This document shows positions 38,601 through 50,412 of a DNA stretch of 64,000 nt, piece by piece. Position numbers and translations under genes: made by a program. The stretch comes from Mustelus asterias. Its lineage: Eukaryota. The notes under the pieces are model-generated. The model worked only from the letters and a program-made list of their open reading frames with translations. It had not been told where the DNA came from and made no database searches. The stretch is from contig NC_135825.1 of NCBI RefSeq assembly GCF_964213995.1, positions 12,276,001 through 12,340,000 on the forward strand, read 5' to 3'. The stretch's first letter is position 1. Every line of letters starts with the position of its first letter.

Positions 38601-41600
38601 TCAGTACAAAAAGACCAGTTCAAGCCAGTTTCCCCAATTAACTATTCCAGTTGCTGCCAGTTATTAGCTTTCATCTTCCAGCTCATGTCCTTTGGATGAG
38701 ATTTAGACTTCAATCAGTACATGTCGTCAAAATGTTAAACAGTTCTCACAATTAAATCCCAGACAGCGATCAATAGATACGACTTGCAATTGGCCAAACT
38801 CCCACTGCCATCACTCTCTCTCTCTCTCTAACACTCTCCCTTCCTCCTCATACTCTGGATGAGATGTAGAAATATTGGTGACATGAAAGTATTTAATTTT
38901 TTGGTCATTCAATTTGTATCTGAATGTTTGTTCCTTTCCTACAGAACCCGTGTCTGTTCCTGAACTTATATTTCTATCACCACCAATTGTCTCATGTTCT
39001 GGGGGCTCCGTGTCCGTCTCCTGTGAGTCTGTCCAGGGATCACTTCCCATTCAGTACACATGGTATGAAAAGACCCCATCTGAAGATTCAAAGATCTCTG
39101 ACACCAATAAACTGGATCTCCATTGTCAATCCTTCACACAGCAACATCATCAATATTACTGCACAGCCTCAAATAACCAGGGAGAAAAATCCAGTGAAAC
39201 GGTTACAGTGTCAGTGATCAACAGATCAGGGGAGAATTGCAGTTGTGTGACACAGATCGACAGCTTTGGTGTGGCATGGACGGAAAGTGAGTGGTAAGAA
39301 ATACCATGATTTTGACCTAATAACGGTATGACAACAGGTGACACAGGGGCACTGTGGTTAGCAGTGCTGCCTCGCAGCACGAGGGATCCAAGTTCAATTC
39401 TGGCCTTGGGTGACTGTCTGCCTGGAGTCTGCACGTTCTCTGTACCTATGTGAGTTTCCTCCGTGTGCTCCGGTTTCCTCTCTCAGTCAAAGATCTGCAC
39501 AGAAATCTAACCTGTTTCTCTGGAGAGACACCTGTCGGTTTTCTCGCCGGAAACAACACTGTCATTTTTTGCTTAGCTTCCCCCCTACATGGCTAAAATG
39601 AGCCATTATCCTGCTCTCCCAGCATCTGAGCTAAATGTTTTACAGACACACCGACTGCCTCCAGAATAAAGCTGAATCTGTCAACAGCCCCCATAAACAT
39701 AAAACACAAGATTTGGGAAATCTGACTGAAAACTGTTGGTTCTGGCTCGAAGCAGGTTGGCTTTCTCTCCAGAACTTACCACATTCTGTCACAAAAAAAA
39801 CAGCTGGGCGTGTTTCACATCATCATGTAGGGGGCGGGGCCTCGATACACCAGCAAATCCTGGCTGCAGTAAGCTGACAGTGCACAAACATGGCGGCCCA
39901 ATCAAAACAAAATGTTTCCCCCAAATCCCACCACACCCCGGTCAGAGTCGGGGCATCCTCCTATTATGAGCCAGCAATTCTCCCCCCACATCACCCCTCA
40001 GCAGTCAGTGCTGACACCAAGCCCCTCCCCCAAATATCAAACCCTTCCTCCCTTCGTGCAGTCAGTGCTGGCACCACCCCCCTTCCCCCCGAACATTGGA
40101 GCCCTTCCCTCCAACCCTCCACCCACACAGCCATTGCCGACAAACCCAGCCCCTTCCCACAAACGGCTACTCCAGCTCCCCTGTCCGCTCCGGCCCACCC
40201 TCACTTGTAAATGAATAACCCCTCCCCCATGAGACTCCCACTGAGGTCCACCCCGGAACTGCCACTGGTACAGGTTGGCACTGCCAAATTGGCAATTTTG
40301 GGGTGGCATGGTGCCAACTTGGTAGTGCCAACCTGTGCCAAGGGAGAGTGCCAGAGGGCATTGCCAGGCCACTGCCTGACCATATCCCTCTTGCCCAGGA
40401 AGGGGGTTCCCCATCATGTCCAGGTGAACCTGTTGTAAAATGCACCAATATAATGTCACGTTGCCCTGGTTTGAAAACACAGCGAGGGCTCAATATCTGG
40501 GGCGGGGGACGGGGGGGTGGGGAGAGGGGCGGTGGGGGTCGGTGGGGGGTCTTGAATGATATCCAAATATATTAAAATGTTTGTAAATCAGGTTCTCACC
40601 CACTATGGTGGTGAATCTGATGAAGCCACCTGCGCCCTCCAGGTTTTGCCAGATATTGAATCCCCAACAGCATTCCTGTGGTCCCCCAACCCGGGCTCAC
40701 CATCCCACCCAGTGGCTGTGTTTACATAATGCTATTGTGTTAGCTTCCTAACAAGTTGCTGCTTCTGTCAGTGGAAATTCAGACTAAAAAGTGAGCTTTC
40801 TCTGTTTGCCACACCTTAGATGTTGCAGTTTTCATTATTCATGTTAATCACTTCACCGTGAACCCAATCTCATGGAGTTGTGCTTGTCACACTCCAGCGA
40901 TGCCAGATTCCCTTAACCCGGTGTGTTCTGGAGTATCGCTGACAGGAACATTGCATTCACTGTCATCTTCTCCTTCTCAGTTGCCCAGTTTAATACATTG
41001 TTCCCAAACTGAGGCCATCTGCTTCCGGCTGGTTCCGAATTTCCTGTTAGGAGGTGCACCAGGGAATTGTGGGATGATGAAAACAGAAAGTGATGGAAAA
41101 ACTCAGCAGGTCCGGCAGCATCTGTGGAGAGAGGAGCAGAGTTAATATTGAGTGGAATATGATTCTACTTTGAAACAGTGTGGGATGATGTTATTGGAAG
41201 TTTCTTACTCACTGAACAGATATCTCACCAATGTTATGTTGCACCAGACAATGTTTCTGTCCCAATGACCAGTCAATTCATAACATTCTTACTTCTAAGA
41301 TTTTACTCAGCATTCCAGATATACTGAGGAAAGTTAATGAAACCAGCTCCATTTGATCTGTATCTAATGATCATGAAGTTGATCAGTGAAACTTTAGTTG
41401 ATTGCTCCAGCTAACGTGCCTTGTCTGTGCGACGTTGCTACAATAGGTCACAGTGTAAAGAGGAGATTAATGTTTCAAACACGAAGCTGCCTCATTCCCT
41501 TCAAATCATTCTGTATTTCTTCCAGTTTGCTCAGTTCCTTCATCTGGAATGTGATTCGCTGGGGGCTCTTTACCCTCCTGGTGATTTGTGTGATTTCGGT

Positions 41601-43736
41601 CACATGGTACACGAGAAAATCTCAGGTGAGGATTATGGACTTTACAACAATCATTCTGAGCACTTTGTAATTATCACAGATATTGTGCAGAGAAACTTGC
41701 ACTGATGTCAATGTCCACAGGATTAAACACGGGGGGGAATTTTACCTTTCATTTCCAAGTGTGGCAGGGGCAGGAAAAGGGGCGGTGAAGAAATATGGTG
41801 AAGAATATGTGTATAAATGTTGAAGGGACAGGATACTGCCCATCCCACCAGAAATTTCAGTTTCTTAAAGATCAAAATGATATTTTTGAAAGTCAACTTG
41901 ATGCACAAAAGTGAAAATGAAACCCCCCTCCCCTTGCACAACCCCATGCACACCTCCCCCCCGCCCCCCCCGCCGCCCCCCCCATCCCCTGACACTGCCT
42001 CTGGCACTGACCCCTGGCACTGCATGGACGCTGCCCCAGCAGTGACCCTTGGCACTGCATGGACACTGACACTGGGGCACTGACCCCTGGCACTGCATGG
42101 ACACTGACACAGGCATTGACAACTGGCACCGCATGAACACTGACCCCTGATACTGCATGGACGCTGCCCCAGCATTGACCCCTGGTACTGCATGGACACT
42201 GACACTGGCACTGACCACTGGCACTGCATGGACACTGTCCCCGCACTGACCCCTGGCACTGCATGGACACTGACACTGGCACTGACCATTGGCGCTGCAT
42301 GGACACTGTTCTATTTCACGGGATGTGGACGTCACTGGCAAGGGCAGAATTGTTGCCCATCCCTAATTGCCAGATCCGAGTGGCTTGCTTGGCCATTTCA
42401 GAAGACAGTTCGGAATCAAACCCATCGCGGTGGGTCTGGGGTCACATGGAGGTCAGACTGCATAAGGAAAACAGATATCCTTCCGTGAACGATATTAGTG
42501 AGCACTTATGACAATTTATGACCGTTTATCACCATCTCCAACCAACCAGATGGGTTTTTACAACAATTGATGACAAGTTTCCTGGTCACCATTGGTCAGA
42601 TTTTCAATTCCAGATTGATTCATCAATTGAATTTGAATTCATTGCATTTATATTCCACCAGCTACTATGTTGAAATCATGTTCCCAGCACTTTATTATCA
42701 GCCTCTGGATTACTAGCCCAGTGACATTGACACGAAACCACCATCTCTGCAATATCAATACATCAGAATGATACAGGGAAGAATGGAGTAAATTATGTGC
42801 AGACATTGCACAAATTTGCTGCATTTCCTCACACTTGGAGGTTGCTGGGATCGGTGATTGAAGTTTTTATGGGATTCAGTATGGTGGGTACAGAGAAACT
42901 CTTTGCCCAGTGGGGAGATGGAGTACACGGGGCCATAACCCAAAAGTGAGGGCTTAGATACTTAGGAGTGAAATTAGAAAGTATTATTTTCACACAGCTA
43001 GTCATGGAAACCTGGAACTAATCCATCCTAAAATCTGTGGATGCTGGGCCAATTAGAATTCTCACAGCTGGGATTAGATAAGACAGGGACCCAGGTTCGA
43101 TTTTGGCCTTGGGTGAGTGTCTGTGTGGAGTTGCAGGTTGGTGTGACAGGCTCGAGGAGCTGAATGAGCTGCTCTTGTTGCTGTGTTCCTGTGTAACCCA
43201 TCCATGGAAGCACCCTTCCATCTTATCATCCAATCTTATTAAACTGTCAGCAAAAGGAAAAGGAAGGAAATTGGAAAGGTTATAAAAAGGCAACAGGGCT
43301 GACTGTTTCTGGACAGGAACTGGAGGAGATTTCAAATGATTCAGACTGCAGTAAGAGGCTGAGACACAGACCCAATGATGTTGTTGCTGGAAGCACCAAC
43401 TGGACTGTATAAAATATTTTTAGAAACATGGACATAGCAATCAATTTCTCCAGTCAATTGTCCATAATCACAGCTTCAGGGGAACATTGGTTTTCTGTGG
43501 GTAAATAAGGTTATGTGTCTTCATGAAGGATCCAAACGAGTGTTTCCCAGCGCACATGCAAAGGGCGATCAATGTGATCTCGAAACTGCCCCAAATTGTT
43601 GCCATTTCCAGAATTCTTTTCAAGACTGAAATGTCAATTGATGCATTGTTCTCCCAGTCTCAATGAATCTGATGATTTTCTTTTCCAGTCACTCAATGAA
43701 TCCAATTCTCACAGTTGGACCAAAGTGGGAAAATGA
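26582..43736 (+). CDS. Gene B: spliced pIgR/CD300-like Ig-superfamily receptor, L-(V-C2)x3-TM-short tail. Predicted exons 26582-26618, 29752-30072, 33274-33597, 35256-35564, 36852-37175, 37839-38147, 38945-39293, 41526-41625, 43689-43736; about 706 aa
   Basis: GT-AG introns with phase-1 junctions between Ig exons. Lengths sum to 2121 nt in one open frame. Confidence 0.8.
27251..27915 (-). mobile_element. CR1-type LINE 3' end inserted only in intron 1 of gene B
   Basis: RRNLFTQRVVNVWNSLP peptide and microsatellite tail; the site is empty in genes A (near 17630) and C (near 63628). Confidence 0.85.
28935..29065. repeat. 21-bp tandem repeat, about 6 copies, in intron 1 of gene B (about 2-3 copies in gene A near 16250-16300)
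   Basis: Unit CCAAAGAGTAACTTTCCCCTC. Confidence 0.85.
29752..30072 (+). CDS. Gene B V1 exon (pIgR/CD300-type V domain)
   Basis: GRSITINCNY..KYWCHGWTERC..DAGLYRCGI; 321 nt, canonical splice sites. Confidence 0.9.
30715..31250 (-). mobile_element. CR1-type LINE 3' end
   Basis: ALERLQKRFTRMLPG..RRLRGDLIEVYKIM..FFTQRVV. Confidence 0.9.
33274..33597 (+). CDS. Gene B C2 exon 1
   Basis: EPVSVPEL..CESVQGSLPIQYTWY..YYCTASN; ttcccacag acceptor and G|GTAAAT donor. Confidence 0.88.
33845..34197 (+). mobile_element. Full-length tRNA-derived SINE (HE1/V-SINE-like), specific to gene B
   Basis: Box A/B head (TAGCACAGTGG..GGTTCGATTCC), central GTGTGGAGTTTGCAC domain and (TTTCTATGA)n tail. The site is empty near 37410 and 11465. 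Confidence 0.88.
35256..35564 (+). CDS. Gene B V2 exon (shortened C-C' region)
   Basis: APSALWAKNKVTGVLGRSITIDCHY..KTWSRQC..DAGWYSCGI; 309 nt; ttttcag acceptor and G|GTACAT donor. Confidence 0.85.
36852..37175 (+). CDS. Gene B C2 exon 2
   Basis: Near-identical to C2 exon 1; 324 nt; canonical splice sites. Confidence 0.87.
37839..38147 (+). CDS. Gene B V3 exon (near copy of V2)
   Basis: APSALSAKNNVTGVLGRSITIDCHY..DAGWYSCGI; 309 nt; ctttccag acceptor and G|GTACAT donor. Confidence 0.85.
38945..39293 (+). CDS. Gene B membrane-proximal C2 exon 3
   Basis: C2 motifs, ends ..NCSCVTQIDSFGVAWTESE; donor TG|GTAAGA (phase 2). Confidence 0.82.
41526..41625 (+). CDS. Gene B transmembrane exon with N-x-x-R motif
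   Basis: ttcttccag|T TTG CTC..; peptide WNVIRWGLFTLLVICVISVTWYTRKSQ; donor CAG|GTGAGG. Confidence 0.85.
43689..43736 (+). CDS. Gene B putative terminal cytoplasmic exon (SLNESNSHSWTKVGK*)
   Basis: Polypyrimidine acceptor, phase 0, TGA at 43734-43736, ATTAAA near 43853 and AATAAA near 44003. Confidence 0.5.
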   Translation, partial: SLNESNSHSWTKVGK

Positions 43737-44265
43737 AGATTCCGGGATTCCATCCACATCGAAGGAATTTTGCATCCTGGTCAAATATTCAATCCTCATC
43801 CAGCTTTGAACATTTCTTTTAACAAATCTACATAATAGAATGTTTTTTCATTATTAAATGAAGTCTGAAAGATGTGTTGGTTCGGGTGCATTGGCCATGC
43901 TGAATTCTCGCTCAGTGACCCGAACCGGCGCTGGAGTGTGGCGACTGGGGGATTTTCACAGTAACTTCATTGCAGTGTTAATGGAAGCCGACTTGTGACA
44001 CTAATAAAAAAACAAAAACCAACCAACATGATTTCGACCAAACATTGAGTGGAGGAATCAAAATCCAAACCGTGGTTGTGACCTTCAGGTTGTATATCGA
44101 CATCTGGAGAATAATTGATCTGTTTGCTGATTAAATGTCTATATTTCTTGTTTCATATTCTCATCTTACTCTTTGTCAATTTAAAGATGAACAAATTCTG
44201 TTAGGAATTGGCAACATGATTTTTTTCATGCACTGGATATCAGTCGCTCCAATGATATATTCCAC

Positions 44266-44327
44266 GATGATATATTGCTACCAAATGAACCTGTTGGACT
44301 TTAACCTGGTGTTGTGAGACTTCTTAA
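44266..44327 (+). mobile_element. Short Penelope-like tail insertion specific to the gene B arm
   Basis: TGCTACCAAATGAACCTGTTGGACTTTAACCTGGTG flanked by duplicated ATATTCCACG; absent near 3870 in the left arm. Confidence 0.6.
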
Positions 44328-44339
44328 TATTCCACGTTC

Positions 44340-45930
44340 CCAGGGATGGAACAATGCGCCTGTATAACCTCAGAATGGGAAATTCCTTGGATTCGTCTAA
44401 CTTCAGTTATTGGATAAATGTCAGAATCAATTATTAAGGAGAGAATATCAGGGCCTTTGGAAAGTTATAATGTGATCAGGCAGAGTCAGGTTGGGTTCAT
44501 GAAGGGAAAGTCATGCATGGCAAATTTACTAGAGTTCTTTGAGGAGGAATCAATCAGAGTAGATAGAGGAGAACCAGTCAATGTTGTATATTTGGATTTT
44601 CAAAAGGCATTTGATAAGGTACCATACAAAATGTTAATACGCAAGATGGTTTTGTAGGGAATATTCTGGCATGGATAGAGGATTGGCTCATGTGAAAATA
44701 TTGTGAATTAAGGAATGTATTGTCACGTTTCTTACGCAGGATCTGTTTTCGCAGATTCTTTTTTGTTACCCATGCCGCTTTGTCCAGCAGCAGTGTGTTG
44801 TTACTGCAGCAGCATAATTGCTCCTAATTGCAAGGATGTTTGTTTTAATCTGGACTAATGTTTTTCTGTTTTATTTTCAGTGGGCCCCTGGGGTTTTGCA
44901 GAGTAGGGCTTGATTAGTATGAGTGACAGGTGCAATCGTATCACTGGGTGGAGCTAGGTTTACACAGAAAGATCAAGTCAAATTCTGCTTTGAGTTGTTA
45001 GAGAGTAGTGCCTCTCAGTTTCCCTCTCTGAAGTTGGAGACTGGAATTTGCCAGGAAACAAGTCTCTTTCTCTGAGAAGGTGATGTTTTGGAAGCTGCAG
45101 AGTGAGGAATCCATTTCCAATTCTGATGTCTGAAGACTGGGAGTTGCCACAGACTAGGTTTACTTCTCTGAAGTTCTGTTGTTTGGAATATATCCTTCTC
45201 TAGAAAGTGCTGTCCTGCTGTTTGACTGGAGGTGCTAAAAGGCTGGAAACCAAGTGTTCATGAAGCATATTTGCTTTCTTTGCAAACTGTTTCTCAAGAT
45301 GGGATATATGTCTCACTGAGGGATGTGCTAAATTGGAACAATAGAGATCGCAAGCTTGTAAGAATTATACTTTGTCATGTTTAAGTATTTTAATTGGTAA
45401 AAGTTATGCTAATTCTTTTTTGTTAGATTCTAACTGTTTCTTAAGTAAAGTTAGTTTTGACTAAAGTTTCCTCGTGGGTCACTTGAATCATACCTGAAGT
45501 AAAACACCTTATGTTCACCCTAATTCCAAAATCAAATCTAAAAGGTTGGGTCTCGGCTAACTTTATGAAACACCTTGGAGTGTCTGGTCTGGTCCCTTAA
45601 TGGAGGACACGACAGGGTGGATGTTGAGAGACACTACAACTCACCGACACCATTTAAATATAAGGTTTCTCCCATTGAAGACAGAGATGAGAAGATTTAT
45701 TTTCTCTCAGAGGGTTGTGAATTATTGGAACTCTCTTTCCCAGAGAGTGGTGGAGGCAGAGTCAATAAATATTTTTCAGATAAAGCTTGGAAGATTCTAG
45801 ACTAACAAGGAAGTCAAAGATCAGTGGGTTATAAAGTTCAGGTCACAATCAGATCAGCCATGATATTATTGAATGACAGATGAGGCATGAGGGGCTGAAT
45901 GGCCTACTCGTGTTTCTAATTTGTATGTAG
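44340..45930 (+). mobile_element. CR1 RT fragments interrupted by an LTR-like repeat (about 44691-45572); mirror copy at about 2260-3860, minus
   Basis: GFMKGKSC..NLLEFFE..VYLDFQKAFDKV, then a TG..CA non-coding block with a poly(A)-like signal, then RRFIFSQRVVNYWNSL. No TSD found for the LTR-like part. Confidence 0.7.
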
Positions 45931-46036
45931 TGACTTTGCTCGGCAAAAGCCCCTTTAATGAGTTTCAGCGCATATCTGTCCAGGTGATAAATTTAAAGAG
46001 TGTTATTCCATATCTCACATGACATATTGTTGTGAC

Positions 46037-48088
46037 ACCGGCAGCGAAGCCTACAGCCCGGGCCTCCTGCTGTGCACGGCCCACATCAAAGTTTATGTAC
46101 TGTCCTGCCCAGGCACACAGGGCATCTGTGACCTGCTGCACACATCTGTGCATGGAGGCCTGGGAGATCCCACTGTTGTACCTGTAAAACCTCAGATAAT
46201 TTCGGCCATTTTACTCACTCAGACGTTTTACCCTGGTGCCCTTATTTGCAAGATGGACAAAGGACAAACTCAGGTAGTCGTTCAATAACTTTATTAAGAA
46301 TAACACTATTAACCCTTAAATTACCCACATAAAACAAGAGGTTAACCCAGATTCAAGTGTACCAACCGCAAAGGTGGTTTGGTTAAACTGCAGGCCCGAT
46401 TCTCTGAGACCCTCTGGTCCGTCGTCACGAAGGTGATTCTCGATGGCAGCTTCTTCCTTCCTTCCTTCTCTGGCCAGTCTTCCGGATGGTTAATGTCGCC
46501 TCCCTCATCGAGTCTTCGCTGCTGGTATATCCGAGATGCGTACATTTGTCCCCCTCCCCCTCCGCCTTTCCAGAAACTTCTCTGGCTTCCAGCCAATGAG
46601 GTCTCGGGAGGGGGTTCCAATACCCAGGTGTACGAGCACCTCACACAGGTGCCGCACCGTGCTCTTGGACAGCCGCAGCCACTGATGGCACATCGCCTCC
46701 GAGAAGGCCTCAAATGAATTCCAGGGCCTGTACCTCCTTGCCCTCTGCACCCTCCGCCTAATGTGCACCCATTTGGGAGATGACTCACCCACCTCCTGGC
46801 CCTCAGTGGCAGCCCCCTGCCCTCCTTTCTGAGGGACTGGTATTGGCTGCTCCTGCGGTGTTCTCCCCACACTCTCCACCTCCTGAGCTGCCTCCTCCTC
46901 TTCCTCATCTGCCACCATAATGGCCAGCTCCAAATCGACCAGTCCAAGATCCATCTGCACAGAGGGGTTTGGAAAGAGCAAAGAATGACAGATTAATGTC
47001 ATTGGCTGCATCGACCCAGCATCAACCCAATCCCTCACTTGGGCCGGTACACGCACTTGTGGGAGCTGGCAACACCACACAATCCTTGGTGCCATGCGTG
47101 ACCTGATTAGGTTGTGTGAGCTTCCCATCATGACAAATGCTGGCACAGATTATGCAGGTCGGTGTGCAGCCGTGGGCAATGCGCGCCCTTGAGCCATTGC
47201 CATGTTTACAACTGCAGCATCCGTTACAGGCAGGTGTTGCTGGTCATTGTCACGGGGCAGAGACAGACTGCAAATCAGCACCAGATGGGTGCCCAGAGAC
47301 AGCAGATCCCATGCAGTCTATGTCTGAACCTCAGCACCCCGGCCTGGAGCACCAGCTGGTTCTTCTGGTTGGGCCTCAGTCAGCACATGGTGCACTCCTC
47401 CCCCCCGCCCCCCCCTTTCCCCCCAGAACCCCAGCACTCAGTGCAGTCTCTGACCACCCCCCCGCAGCAAGACAATGCCACTGCACAGTGCCCTCAAGGG
47501 GAAGGCTGAGCACAACTCCTTCAATGCCCCTCCCCCACAGAGCTCTGAGAAAATAAACCACCCCCCCCCCGACCCCCCGCCCGCCCCCCCGCCCCCCCCC
47601 CCCCACCTCAGGTATCACTGGTCCATGGGCCAGCCCCTGAACACAGCCAGGAGGAAGTCCACCAAGCATCTCCAGGGCCTGCCTGCCAGCAACATCCCCC
47701 GCACTCTGCTCACTTCAGGTCCTCATCACTTCCCTCCTCACACCTGCTCAACGCTGCCACGCCAGCTTGAGACTTTTCTAAACCGACCCTGATTCGGGCC
47801 AAATGGACATCACACCAAAGAGGTGGGAGACGCTAACGTGGGCGGAGCTTGCCGTGTCGATCCTGATAATGGAATGCTAAAGTATGGTAAGTTATGCAAA
47901 TTAGCGGTAGACCGGCTATCAGCGCGGTCCCAACGGTGCCATTTGTTTTCCGGTTGGGAGATGCGCGCGGCTCGTAAACGCTCGCGGGGATCCCGGGAAA
48001 TGGCCGACACGCACATCTCCCAACCCGACGCGCACAAAACTTCGCGGGTCGGAATGGGAGAATCGCACTCCCCGCCCGCACCCCCCTC
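46037..48088 (-). mobile_element. Second, internally deleted copy of the Harbinger element (no Gypsy insertion)
   Basis: Near-identical to 51926-52520 plus 53015-53784 plus 58505-59175. Confidence 0.75.
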
Positions 48089-50412
48089 TAATCTTTGCCT
48101 CAGCAGCAACACTTGTCTGATGACATTCCTGTAAAATGCCGGAGGAGGTTTTACTGAGTGAAAGGTACTTTATAAAGAGCAAGTTATTGTTGTTGTTGTT
48201 GATTCCACGAATGAGTTAATAATAAAAAATGAACCTGTTTCTCCACCCAAGGCTGTGGTCAGTGAGAGTTCTAACTTTAGATTTACTCAGAGAGAAGTTC
48301 TTACCCACGTGTAACAGATTGTAATCAGAGTTCTGAATTTTCCAAATGATTCCAATGTTTGATCATTTTTTATTGAGTATAGAATTCTGTGAGTGACGGC
48401 TCCATCCTAAATAAGCACCAATTTACAGCAATATTCCATTAACTCCTCAAATTCTTTAACGGTTGATGAGAAAGGCAAAGAGAGAGATTGACATTGGAAA
48501 TAAATGTGGGTTCATGTTTGCTGCAACTTGCAATGTTCATGGTTTGAAACTGCAAGAAAAATGTGTTGCTGCCCTCAGGATAGTGTGAGATAGAAACACT
48601 GTGAATGTACAATAGGTGTCAGATACCAAATGCAGAGCTGTGTTTGCAGCAGTGAGAAGATCAGCATTGACACAGAATTTGTCACAGGCAAACAGCACGG
48701 GTGTTGCTACATTTCTTGAACATCAGATGATGCAGGGTGAAGAAGGAATGACCAGGGATCATATCAGCTCCACCATGGTGCGGACAAGTTACCCCAGAGA
48801 GAGGCATCAGGGAGTGAATATTAGAAACCTAGGGGGGCGATTCTCCCAAAAGTGCTGAATTTGTGGGAAAACTGTTCGAGATCACGACTGTTTTTTCAGT
48901 GCAGTTTCTCACTCGAATCTCCGCACTCTGTGCAATGCTGAATTCACAATCGGGAATCTTATTGAACACCCAGGGGGCGGGGCCTATTTACGCCGGAGTC
49001 TGACAGCTCCGGAACTCTGAGCATGTGCAGTGGCCCCGATCTGTCAGTCTCCCCGTTTGCTGGCCAGCCCGATCGCGGCCCCACGACAATTCCCAGGCCA
49101 GCCGTGACGCCCCCCCCCCCCGGCCCGGAGCATCCCGCTATCCAGCCCAGCCCCACCAGCAGTGGCGATCCCCCCATTCCCCTCACCCTGATAGAACCCT
49201 CCGCCCTGCTGACCACCCCCCCCCCGCCCCCAGAGTCAGACCCCCCCATGCCCGGGAGGCAGGCCCCCCCCGTACAACCACACCCCCAGCCCACCCCGAT
49301 CACTGGCCTCCCTCCGTCCACTCAGATCGATCGCCATGCAGAGTGGCAGCGGGACCCCCCACCCCCACCGATTGCCCCTACGCCCCACCCACAATAGGCC
49401 CCAACACCTTAGCACTGCCCGATGACTGGTGGGCTCTGTCAAGGTACCTCTGGGCATGGACACTTTGCTACTTGGGAAGTGCCAAGGGGCACAGGTTGGC
49501 ATTGCCAGGGTGCCCATACCCAGGGGGCACCAATCTCCCCCACTGCCCAAACACCTGGGAGGCCCCGATTGCTCCCCCTTCGTTCCGGCGGGTTCTCCTG
49601 CTCATTCCCTGAAAGTGGGGATCTTCTCCAAACCCCGCCGGAATGAAGTGCTCCTGGTGGGGTGGGAGATTCAATCGGGCCCGGCAAGTTCCCGATAATT
49701 GCATGCAAAAACATATTCAAACAAGTTAGTTTTGACTAAAGTTTCCTCGTGGGTCACTTGAATCATACCTGGAGTAAAACACCTTATGCTCACCCTAATT
49801 CCAAAATCAAATCTAAAAGTTTGGGTCTCGGCTAACTTTATGGAACACCTTGGAGTGTCTGGTCTGGTCCTTAATAGAGAACATGACAGGGTGGATGCTG
49901 AGAGACGCTACAACTCACCGACATCATTTCAATACAATGTTTCTCCCATTGAAGACAGAGATGAGAAGATTTATTTTCTCTCAGAGGGTTGTGAATTTTT
50001 GGAACTCTCTTTCCCAGAGGGTGGTGGAGGCAGGGTCAATAAATATTTTTCAGATAAAGCTTGGAAGATTCTAGACTAACAAGGAAGTCAAAGAGTATCA
50101 CGGTCAGTGGGATATAAAGTTGAGGTCACAATCAGATCAGCCATGATATTATTGAGTGACAGATTAGGCATGAGGGGACGAATGGCCGACTCCTGTTCCT
50201 AATTTGTGTGTTTGTATGCAGTGACTTTGCTCGGCAAAAGCCCCTTTAATGAGTTTCAGCGCATATCTGTCCAGGTGATAAATTTAAAGAGTGTTATTCC
50301 ATATCTCACATGACATATTGTTGTGACACCTGTCGGGTGCCCTTCACTCATGTGTATGAGCTCATTGAGTGGTTCCCAAAATCAAATAAACTCAATATTA
50401 AATTCTCATTCT

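Larger units (their letters stand above)
25840..46036 (+). repeat. Right arm of the large inverted segmental duplication (contains gene B)
   Basis: Mirror of 2150-19165 plus extra V/C2 exons and copy-specific insertions. Confidence 0.9.

Noticed and set aside
4393-43736. Calling these genes PIGR or CD300 orthologs
   Set aside because: The domain layout with C2 domains, TM Arg and short tail differs from both. Orthology needs phylogeny and synteny, so no symbol is assigned.
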